A stretch of DNA of 24,726 nucleotides from an uncultured virus (IMG/VR IMGVR_UViG_3300025168_000050) (Duplodnaviria > Heunggongvirae > Uroviricota > Caudoviricetes), in IMG/VR virus record IMGVR_UViG_3300025168_000050. One strand, 5' to 3'. Under the pieces are notes generated by a model. It was not told the origin of the DNA, searched no databases, and was given only the letters and a program-made list of their open reading frames with translations. Below, one piece after another: positions 1 to 8,400 of this stretch; position 1 is the stretch's first letter, and the number at the start of each line of letters is the position of its first letter. The translations under genes and the position numbers were made by a program.

Positions 1-2
1 AA

Positions 3-296
3 TTACATGCTGATTCTGGAAGACCTATTGAGTCTTACAGGTTCACATTCCTTGACTTTGGTATGGCAGGTGGAGAATCAAACATCCAAGCTGTTCATAA
101 AAAAGACTCTAAGGATATGATGTGGCATACTGCTGGTTCTGTAGATCCATTTGGAAATACAGCTAAATCTGTTAACACTATGCGTTCTGACAACCTTGAT
201 GGTTATTCAGTACACATGTTAACTGAGTGTGGAATTATGATTAAAAATCCTATGGCATGTGGTGAGTTGATTTGTACTAAAGTAGCACAAAACTAG
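3..296 (+). CDS. Major capsid protein, C-terminal fragment (5'-truncated by window)
   Basis: The frame is open from base 3: LHADSGRPIESYRFTFLDFGMAGGESNIQ...DGYSVHMLTECGIMIKNPMACGEL. This resembles the crAss-like MCP C-terminus. The track's Met at 63 is internal. Ends in TAG. Confidence 0.85.
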   Translation, partial: LHADSGRPIESYRFTFLDFGMAGGESNIQAVHKKDSKDMMWHTAGSVDPFGNTAKSVNTMRSDNLDGYSVHMLTECGIMIKNPMACGELICTKVAQN

Positions 297-318
297 ATTA
301 ATAAATTAAACATTAAAC

Positions 319-1083
319 ATGAAAGGAAAAATAATTTTAAAGGCTTTAGAAAGACAATCTTGGTCAGGATTTAGCAGATTCCCTAAATGTAAGGATACGG
401 TAATAGCTTCCCTCGGAAGAGGGGGCTATGCTACCGGTCTTACTGAAGCGGATGAGAAAAAACTTGAAGCAGAATTGCAAATGAAGCCAGGTACTCTTGG
501 TAAATATTCCGAGTACTGGAGAGACTATACAGTAATTCTTAATGATAAGGATAAACCCTTAGTATTAGATAGACCACGAGATTTTATAGATTATAAAATT
601 TTAATGGCTAGTAACCGTGTAGCTAATTCAGTAAATGAATTATCTTCTTGGCCTAAAGCAGAATATGTAATATATGATGCTGAAGAAGACGCTAAAAAAG
701 ATAATTTAAAAATTAAAGAAAAGCGTAAAGCATATAAAGAATTTAATAGCATGACCTCAACTGAAATGAGAAATGTATTAAAATTAATGGGTAAGAAAGC
801 AGCTAATGCTTCAGATACATTAATTGAAAATACACTTGCAGATATTTTAGATAAGGACCCAGCAATATTTAATGAAACTATGGCTATGCCAGACTTTAAA
901 ACAAGAGTATTAATAGAAGATTTGGTAGCTATAAATGCATTACGTATTAGAGGCGGACATTATATGTTCGGCGATAGTGCTATAGGTCACGACCTAGAAG
1001 CAACGTGTATATATTTAAAAGAACCAAAAAACCAGGACATTGTATTATCACTTAAGTCAAAACTTAAAGCTAGTAAAAAATAA
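319..1083 (+). CDS. Conserved crAss-like protein of unknown function following the MCP ('gene 75'-type)
   Basis: 254 aa. Directly follows MCP. Motifs TGLTEADEKKLE, YWRDY, YVIYDAEE and YLKEPKNQDI resemble this family. Confidence 0.65.
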   Translation: MKGKIILKALERQSWSGFSRFPKCKDTVIASLGRGGYATGLTEADEKKLEAELQMKPGTLGKYSEYWRDYTVILNDKDKPLVLDRPRDFIDYKILMASNRVANSVNELSSWPKAEYVIYDAEEDAKKDNLKIKEKRKAYKEFNSMTSTEMRNVLKLMGKKAANASDTLIENTLADILDKDPAIFNETMAMPDFKTRVLIEDLVAINALRIRGGHYMFGDSAIGHDLEATCIYLKEPKNQDIVLSLKSKLKASKK

Positions 1084-1784
1084 TGACATTAGCGGAAATG
1101 CATATAGAATTCAAAGTGGGGTTAGATAAGACTGATAGTCTTAACTACCCCAATTTTGAACCTGAAGAAATCGACTTGTGGCTTAATAGGTCACAGGACC
1201 GTTTTGTAAAACAACGTTATTCACATGATCCGAAAAATGAAACTTTTGAGTTAACTCAGAAACGAACGGATGATTTGAGAAAAGTAGTAACAGAGGTAAC
1301 ATTAATTCCATCTGCAACGCAAACCCCAGTTAAACCTAATGGTATTCTTTTTGAATTACCAGATGGCACAACCGGTACGGACATTTATTGGTTCGCCATT
1401 AACGAAGAATGCGAAATTCGTTATGAAGACTGCAATGGCAGTTGGGTAGATGAAAGAAATGGTGTCTATGCTATTCAGCACGACGACTATAATAAACTTG
1501 TAGATGATCCTTTTAACCAGCCTACTAAGGATGTGGTTTTAAGATTGATGCATGGTCGATTTGCTGAGTTACTTACTGACGGGACTTTTACAATAAATCA
1601 GTACTTTTTGAGATATATAAGACAACCAATTAGATTAGATATATTAAATACACCAGGTGTTTCCTGCGAATTAGCCGAACACACGCATGCTGAAATATGT
1701 GCAGGCGCTGTAACAATGGCATTAGAGAATATAGCTAGTCCTAGATTTCAATCTCATATTATTTCAGAAATGACTCAAGAATAG
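1083..1784 (+). CDS. Tail ring / head-tail connector protein (crAss 'gene 74'-type)
   Basis: 233 aa. MTLAEMHIEFKVGLDK..EEIDLWLNRSQ..FELTQKRTDDLR..YFLRYIRQP..CELAEHTHAEI is the typical pattern of crAss ring proteins, and the position fits. Confidence 0.75.
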   Translation: MTLAEMHIEFKVGLDKTDSLNYPNFEPEEIDLWLNRSQDRFVKQRYSHDPKNETFELTQKRTDDLRKVVTEVTLIPSATQTPVKPNGILFELPDGTTGTDIYWFAINEECEIRYEDCNGSWVDERNGVYAIQHDDYNKLVDDPFNQPTKDVVLRLMHGRFAELLTDGTFTINQYFLRYIRQPIRLDILNTPGVSCELAEHTHAEICAGAVTMALENIASPRFQSHIISEMTQE

Positions 1785-1817
1785 TAAAATAAATAATTAA
1801 TTTTAAAATAAAAAGTA

Positions 1818-2804
1818 ATGGCAAGACATGAAAATTATAAAATCCTAATCGGAAAAGATGTAGCAAGAACTGCAGCTTTAACTGTAGCTAACATCGCTGA
1901 TGGGGAAATAGCTGTTGTAAAAAACGACATGACTATAATGAATGCAGGTGATACTATCGCGAATAGTGAATACTGCTATATTGTTCAAGGAGTATTTGAG
2001 AATGGTGTGAGAGTAGCTCCACGTTTCTCAGCTAAAATCCAAGGAGCACAAGTAACTAAATGGGGAGGAACTTCTTTCCAAGCTGCAGTACAGCAAGTAA
2101 CAACAGTTGGTGCAGTAGCAGCTGGTGCAGGTTCTGTAAATTTAGTAAACGCAACAGAGTATAGATTATCACTAATCTTTACATTTGATAAAGTAATAGG
2201 TTCAGAAAGACAATTAGTAAGACGTTTTTACTATACTTCAGATTCAACAGCTACACAAGCTGAAATTACTGCGGCTATGGTTTTAGCAATTAACGGTGAT
2301 GATGTTGCTAAAGATTTAGTAGTAGCAGCACAAACTACAGGAGCAGTAGCTACTGATAGTGGTTTAACAATAACTGCAAAACCACAAGCTTATAAAATTA
2401 TTGACGGTTACGAGCAAGTAACATTTAAAACTGTAATGGATGCAGGTTTTTCTGATGGTGGTACAACTACTTTAGGAGAAGCACTTCCAAATTACGGATC
2501 TGGTACATTTGCTCATGTTTCTGATTTAGAAAGAGCAGCATTAGGATATGACGGTATAACGAATCTTATGAGATTCCCAGTACCTTCTTACCCAGTATAT
2601 GCTGTTTCTACGGCTACGTATGATGTATATGCTATACAGCATTCTGACAGACATGCAACAGCTAATCTTAACAAAGATGGATTAAGTCCAGAGATGACAT
2701 TAGTAGCTATGCCAGTAGGTGCAGGAGATCAGTTAGCTTTTGAAGGGGAAATTAATCCTTGGATGGCTTCAACTCCAGGTAACTTTGCTAACGTAGCACT
2801 GTAA
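1818..2804 (+). CDS. Auxiliary capsid / structural protein (crAss 'gene 73'-type)
   Basis: 328 aa, Ala/Thr/Val-rich. Located after the ring gene. The C-terminal GSGT..VSDLE...GY.G...R..P......YDVY pattern resembles this family. Confidence 0.6.
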   Translation: MARHENYKILIGKDVARTAALTVANIADGEIAVVKNDMTIMNAGDTIANSEYCYIVQGVFENGVRVAPRFSAKIQGAQVTKWGGTSFQAAVQQVTTVGAVAAGAGSVNLVNATEYRLSLIFTFDKVIGSERQLVRRFYYTSDSTATQAEITAAMVLAINGDDVAKDLVVAAQTTGAVATDSGLTITAKPQAYKIIDGYEQVTFKTVMDAGFSDGGTTTLGEALPNYGSGTFAHVSDLERAALGYDGITNLMRFPVPSYPVYAVSTATYDVYAIQHSDRHATANLNKDGLSPEMTLVAMPVGAGDQLAFEGEINPWMASTPGNFANVAL

Positions 2805-2838
2805 TAAACTAAATCAATAATTTTAAAAATATAAGATA

Positions 2839-3225
2839 ATGGCAAATATAATAGAAAAAAGAGCAATAAACGGTAACATTGAGTTAGCGTCAGTTGCTAT
2901 AGTATATGATGGATCAGCAGCTGGATCAGCATTCGTTTCGGATGCTATGATTCCAGTAGGTTCTACTATAACAGGTGTTTACTTAAATACTAGTACTGCA
3001 AACGGAGGTGTTTTAGCAGGTACCGGAACACTAAGAGTAGCAGTAGGTGGAGCTACTAATTGGGTTACTGGATCTATTGCTGCAGCTGCTTGTAAAGCAG
3101 GCCCTGCAGTACTATACTCAGGTGGTAACCAGTCTGGAGCAATCCATGTAACTGCAGGTGGTACAGTAACAGCGGTTAATGGCGTACACTACATCACAGT
3201 AGCGTACGTTAGAGGTAACGCGTAA
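2839..3225 (+). CDS. Putative capsid decoration / small beta-rich structural protein
   Basis: 128 aa, Gly/Ala/Thr-rich. IPVGSTITGVYL...LRVAVG...TAG...ITVAY pattern resembles jelly-roll decoration proteins. Strong A-rich initiation region. Confidence 0.5.
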   Translation: MANIIEKRAINGNIELASVAIVYDGSAAGSAFVSDAMIPVGSTITGVYLNTSTANGGVLAGTGTLRVAVGGATNWVTGSIAAAACKAGPAVLYSGGNQSGAIHVTAGGTVTAVNGVHYITVAYVRGNA

Positions 3226-3240
3226 GCAGTTTAATAATTT

Positions 3241-3281
3241 TACATAATACAGGAGGGAGAAATCCCTTCTGTATCTATGTA
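3241..3281 (+). terminator. Intergenic stem-loop (terminator-like or mRNA processing/stabilising element)
   Basis: ATACAGGAGGGA-GAAA-TCCCTTCTGTAT (3247-3274) forms a 12-bp stem with one G-U pair and a GNRA loop. It extends by TACATA/TATGTA around one bulge. No clean U-tract follows. Confidence 0.55.
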
Positions 3282-3298
3282 TATAAAAAAGTATATGA

Positions 3299-3898
3299 AT
3301 GGCTATAAAGTTAAACTTCAAAGTTGCTGAAGCATGTGATAGTAAAAGTATTTTATTTACCGATACAACTGGTGCATATTCCACTAATAATACTACTGGA
3401 TGGGGAAGTCCAAACCCTCTACTGGGAGCAGTCATAGATGTAGAAATAATTATCTTAGCTCCAGATGGGAATACGTATGTTATTTCTATGTTAAATATTA
3501 ATGGAGATCTTCCTAATTCTACTAATGGAATATTTAATATTCATATGGGATATTTAGGTGGAACTGCAGGACACGTAGTTCAACAGGGGGTATATAATGT
3601 AGAATATCGTGTTATATACGATGATGGAACTCCTACAGGACAACTTGTATCATTAAGAAAATACATACTTGCAACAAGTGTAATTAAATGTTGCGTCCAT
3701 AAAATGTTAGCAAATTTAGATATGTGTGATGACTGCCCTTGTGGTGAAGATAAGTCAAATGCATTAGAAGCTTATACTCTTTATAAAGCCATGTTATATG
3801 CTTATAAATGTGGTAGTACTGTCAAAGCAGGAAAGATGGCTACCCAAATAAATAAGATGTGTAACTACAGAGGTACTTGTTCATCTTGTACTTCATAA
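3299..3898 (+). CDS. Putative tail hub / fibre-attachment protein
   Basis: 199 aa. Ig-like N-part (FTDTTGAYS..GWGSPNP..GVYNVEYRV) and a Cys-rich helical C-part (KCCVHKM..DMCDDC..YKCG..KMC). Sits after the auxiliary capsid gene, where crAss tail-hub genes occur. Confidence 0.5.
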   Translation: MAIKLNFKVAEACDSKSILFTDTTGAYSTNNTTGWGSPNPLLGAVIDVEIIILAPDGNTYVISMLNINGDLPNSTNGIFNIHMGYLGGTAGHVVQQGVYNVEYRVIYDDGTPTGQLVSLRKYILATSVIKCCVHKMLANLDMCDDCPCGEDKSNALEAYTLYKAMLYAYKCGSTVKAGKMATQINKMCNYRGTCSSCTS

Positions 3899-3912
3899 AA
3901 AAAGAGTAAATA

Positions 3913-4803
3913 ATGGCATGTAATAATTGTAACAATGGATGTGTTAATCCACAAACTTGCGCGTGCGACTGTACGTCTTGTGCTGAAGCAAACTCGTGTG
4001 ATATTCCTGTAGGAGATACAGGTCCTCAAGGGCCTGCTGGGCCTATGGGTCTTCCTGGAGTAAATGGTACAGACGGTGTAAACGGAACTGATGGTACAGA
4101 TGGTTGTACTCTTTTAGATGTTTATATTTCAGACGGTAGTGATGGGAATGTACAGGGTGACGTAATAGTTACTACTGGACCTACGCCTACGCCTTGTAAT
4201 CAAGTTATTAATGCCGGAAATATAATCCAATCAGTAATTAACCAGGGAGCTCTTATTCCATCAGGAATAATTGTAATGTGGTCTGGTCCTTTAGGTTCTA
4301 TTCCTCTTGGATGGAGTCTTTGTGATGGTACCGGAGGTACACCAAACCTTGCAGGAAAATTTATAGCTTCTTATGGAGCAGGGGATCCAAACTTTGGTGC
4401 AGTTTTAGCAGCAGGGGGTAGTCCTACTGTTACACTTTCTAAATCTAATATACCTGCTCATGTACATAATATAGGATCATATAGTGCTAATATAGCTATG
4501 TCTGGAGCTCATGCTCATAGATGGAGAGGATGGTATGCGCTCGATGCTTTACCAGATCAACAGGAATGTAAAAGCCGATTTAGAATTGGTAGTGACGCAT
4601 TAGAGTGGTGTACAGCAAGACCTAATGATGGAACAACTGATTGTACAGGTGATGCGGATCCTAATTGTGGGGCTCACACACATAATGTATCCTTAACAGG
4701 TAATTCAGGAGACGGACAAGCAGATAGTCTTAATTTTCCACAAGGTGTTCCTTTTAATATATTACCAGCGTTTGTAACCTTAGCATATATAATTAAAAAT
4801 TAA
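3913..4803 (+). CDS. Tail fibre protein: Cys-rich N-terminus, collagen-like segment, phage tail-collar domain with HxH tip motifs
   Basis: 296 aa. Ten Gly-X-Y triplets, then collar motif IPSGIIVMWSG..IPLGWSLCDGTGGTPNLAGKF, GGSPTVTLSKSNIPAHVH, AHAH, AHTH, and C-terminal NILPAFVTLAYIIK. Confidence 0.8.
   Translation: MACNNCNNGCVNPQTCACDCTSCAEANSCDIPVGDTGPQGPAGPMGLPGVNGTDGVNGTDGTDGCTLLDVYISDGSDGNVQGDVIVTTGPTPTPCNQVINAGNIIQSVINQGALIPSGIIVMWSGPLGSIPLGWSLCDGTGGTPNLAGKFIASYGAGDPNFGAVLAAGGSPTVTLSKSNIPAHVHNIGSYSANIAMSGAHAHRWRGWYALDALPDQQECKSRFRIGSDALEWCTARPNDGTTDCTGDADPNCGAHTHNVSLTGNSGDGQADSLNFPQGVPFNILPAFVTLAYIIKN
4012..4101 (+). repeat. Collagen-like (Gly-X-Y)10 coding repeat
   Basis: GDT GPQ GPA GPM GLP GVN GTD GVN GTD GTD. 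Confidence 0.9.
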
Positions 4804-5462
4804 TGGGATTTAAACCAATTACACAAGAAGACCTAATTTATAGGTTAAATAAATTAAAATGTTGTTTTGCAACTAAGGCAGCAGAAGTAACTGATAAACA
4901 GCGTCTAGGCAAATTATGCAAAGATGAAATGTGTAATTTAAAACTTTTAGGAGCATACATTGAAATGATTGAATGCTATGCCCCAATTCCATGTGACTGT
5001 TATAAAGAATGGGTAACAGATGGAGAGTTATATTGGGATGAAACTACACCATTTAGTGCAGGACAAGTTGTTAAAATATTCCCAAGACCTAATGCAAACA
5101 TAGGAGAATTTTTATACTTAAGGTGGCAAAACGCTTTACCACAACCCTCTGGCACAAACTGTTTTGATCCTGTATTAGGTTGGGCCCCTTGTTGGTCCGG
5201 TATATACGGAATAACTCCAGGAGCATGGAGTGTTTGTGGCAATTTAAAAGTTGCATGGGAAGCTAGAGGAAGTTTAATATGGAATGATGCACTTACATAT
5301 GATATAGGAGATATAGTAAAATTTATGGGAGGAGGCCCAGGAGCAATACAAACAGGAAGAGGCAAGTATTACATCGCTGCTTCTTCTCCTACTACTACAG
5401 GATCTGGTTTTTTTGAAAGCGGTCATTGGGTAGAATTACAATGTTTTAACGAACCCGGATAA
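4803..5462 (+). CDS. Tail-associated protein: helical Cys-containing N-terminus plus two CBM5/12-like modules
   Basis: 219 aa. WDETTPFSAGQVVKI and WNDALTYDIGDIVKF...GKYYIA...GHW match the W-x4-Y/F-xx-G-x-xV pattern of CBM5/12-type modules. Confidence 0.5.
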   Translation: MGFKPITQEDLIYRLNKLKCCFATKAAEVTDKQRLGKLCKDEMCNLKLLGAYIEMIECYAPIPCDCYKEWVTDGELYWDETTPFSAGQVVKIFPRPNANIGEFLYLRWQNALPQPSGTNCFDPVLGWAPCWSGIYGITPGAWSVCGNLKVAWEARGSLIWNDALTYDIGDIVKFMGGGPGAIQTGRGKYYIAASSPTTTGSGFFESGHWVELQCFNEPG

Positions 5463-5474
5463 AAAATATAATAA

Positions 5475-8400
5475 ATGGCAACATCAGATAATTTTGAAAA
5501 ACAGTTTACAGGAAGAAGTGTCTTAGCAAACTTGACAGCTAATCCTCCTACTATGGGAAACGTTCCAGGAGCTCTTGGAGTTGCAGATGCTCCTTATAGT
5601 AGTTGTACAATAGTATCAGCTTCAGCTCAAACATTTGGAGTCGGAGCTTCAACAACTACCTTTGCTGATGGAGACATTTTATTTTATTCAGACGGTTACA
5701 GAATATATGATTCTACTGGAGTAGCAATGTTAGGTGCTGAAGCAACAATAGCAAATAATAAAACTGGTGGTGTAAGAGCTGCTCCTCAAGCTGTTACATT
5801 TATAAAAGTTCCTGATTATTTATCTTCTACTGTAACAGCAGGTCAGGATCCTGGCGCAGGTAATTCTACAGGTGCTATATTTTGGGCATTTTTTAATGGC
5901 ATGTATGGAGGTATAAAAGCAGGTGTTGTTGATATGAATGGTAATGGAGGAAAAGGAAAGTTTTTTAATCATCTAAATATAGGCCAATCAGGAGTAGCTC
6001 CAAATGATGGCCAGCTAAAAGATTCTATTTGTGATGGTCGTATGGTTTCTTTTTGTTGTCACATAGGCGGTAAAGAGGCTCCGGGATTAATTATTAAAAA
6101 ACATGACTGGAGTGGAGCTGCAGATAACAATAGTTATAGTGTATTTAGATTTTCTACAATTAGTAGTATGGGGGCTCCAAATTTATACGGAGGAACTTCC
6201 CTAACTGGAGACCCTGTAGAAACATCAATAGGAGCTACAACTGAAAGTAATGATGGAGCTAGAATGGGTATATTGAGTGTAACCAAATCAGATTTAGATC
6301 CTACTTCTTCTAGTTATAACTTATTTAAATTTGCTACTATTATACAAGACAAGGTAGGAAGTCCGGTTGCACAAAACGATTTCGCAACTGTACAAGTTTT
6401 TAACCTTAGTGCTATTACAGGCGTAATATCTAACGCTTCTCTAATTACTGCTCCACAAGCTGTAGTAGAACAATTAGATAGAGGTCCTATATCTTGGCCA
6501 CAAAGTGCAAGTACTGCAAGTAGATATTTTAGTATGCATAGTTGTTTTACTAGTGATAGTAATACAGATAGTTGTACACTTTATTTCGGTTGGTTTGATA
6601 GTACTTCTGTACCAGGAGGAGAATTAAAAATAAAATATATAACATTAAATGCTACTAACGCTATAACTGCTTCTTCTCCAGTTAATTATGGACATATAGA
6701 AGATGGGGCAGGAAATAATATATGGAATGGGATGAATGGCCCATCAAGAATAATTGCAGGTATTTGGCCAGACCCAGTATACAGTGATCGTATCCTATTT
6801 TTATGTCCAGAACAAATAGATAAATTTAATCTATCAGTTATAGCATCTGCTCCAGCTTGGACAACTAATTATCCAGAAGAATATGGAGACCCAAACAATC
6901 CTGAAGTCTACAATATAGGAGTAATAGATAATGCTACAAATCCTGCAACTGCACAATTTGGTTTTGAAGGGACACCTGTAGCAACTACTTTTATAAGATA
7001 TGGAGCTCCAGCAGAACATATATGTTCTAATAATATTATAGTACCAGAACTAGATGTAAAAAGATGTGATACTGTAGGTACATATACACTAGATTTAAAT
7101 AAAAACTTATGGAAAAATACTGTATTGCCTACTGGGGCTGAGATGAATTTAATTACTTCAGTAACAGGTACTGATTTTAGAGGACTATCTTTTAACATGT
7201 ATACTGCAATGTTGAGTATTTGGGATTCTCCTACACCATCAACATTAGCTTATCAAATATTTCATCCTGATTTAAATACAGTAACAAATCCTACAGCTGT
7301 TACAGCTAATGCAACATGGGAAAAATATAATGCATTTACAAACACAGTAGGACTTTCTAGTACAGTTACTGGTGCAGCTATTAGTGCAGCGCACCTTTGT
7401 AACATACATTGGTTTATGGGTAAAAAAACAGGAGCAGCCCAAGAATATGGTTTTGGTTTATTTGATCAAAGTGCTAATACAGTGAGTAATGTTGTTGGGA
7501 CCCACATAAATTTGGCTACTTTTATGGGTGGCGCTCTTACAGGGTTAGCCCCAGTTTCTATTGCTGGAGCTCAGGCTGGGAATCTAAACCCACAAGTTAG
7601 TCTAGTTGGTGGATACATGTATATTGCAATAGGTACAAGAATTGTTGCATATGATACAAATGCAAATACATATACATTATTAGCAGGAGTTGCTCCTGCA
7701 TCTATTAATGATATATGGTTAGAATTTGATGGAACAGGTATTAATGGATATACATTAAAAGGTACTACAGGAGTAGCTGGTGCTCAGATAGCTTATGATG
7801 TAAACCAAGGAACTGGAGCATTTACTGTTCTAGGTCCAGTCGTTACTAATCCCGGTGGATTTGCTTGGCCTGGAAAATCTTTAGCAACAGCTTATGATAG
7901 TTCATTTCGTAATTGGTTATCTTTCCCATTAAAAATATTTGGGACAGATCCAAATTTTATTGCTGTAAGTAATTACTGTGCCTCAACTCCTGTAATGGTC
8001 TGGAATTGGGCTAGTTTAAATATAGCCGGATGTTTTACTTGCTCTGTTCCTGCAAGTACTACATATCATACAAATGCTACTTCTTGTGAAATTTATGGAG
8101 CAGCATCTGCATCTTATCCAACTTGTAGAGACTGTATAGATGCTATAGATAATCAATGTTCTTCTTTTATACCGTGCTGTGCTATAGGAAATTCTGGATA
8201 TAATTCTGGGCCTATACATTTACCTGCAGTAACAACAGATGCGGTAACTCCTGGAGATGTTTATTCAGTTAGTGCTAACGGAAATACACCTGAATGTTCT
8301 GTAGCTTTTACTCCTCAACAGCAGATACTTATGTCTTTTAATAATGCTATAGATGGTGGTAATAATAATATTGTAGAAATACCTAGTCTTGTTGGTAGTG

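Noticed and set aside
1818..2804. Contractile tail sheath annotation for the 328-aa protein
   Set aside because: crAss-like phages are podovirus-like and no tube, tape-measure or baseplate genes are present. The syntenic gene is better explained as an auxiliary capsid protein.
5460..5477. Read-through fusion of the 219-aa gene with the in-frame giant gene
   Set aside because: The frame is the same, but the junction is TAA AAA ATA TAA TAA ATG: three stops and a normal A-rich start.
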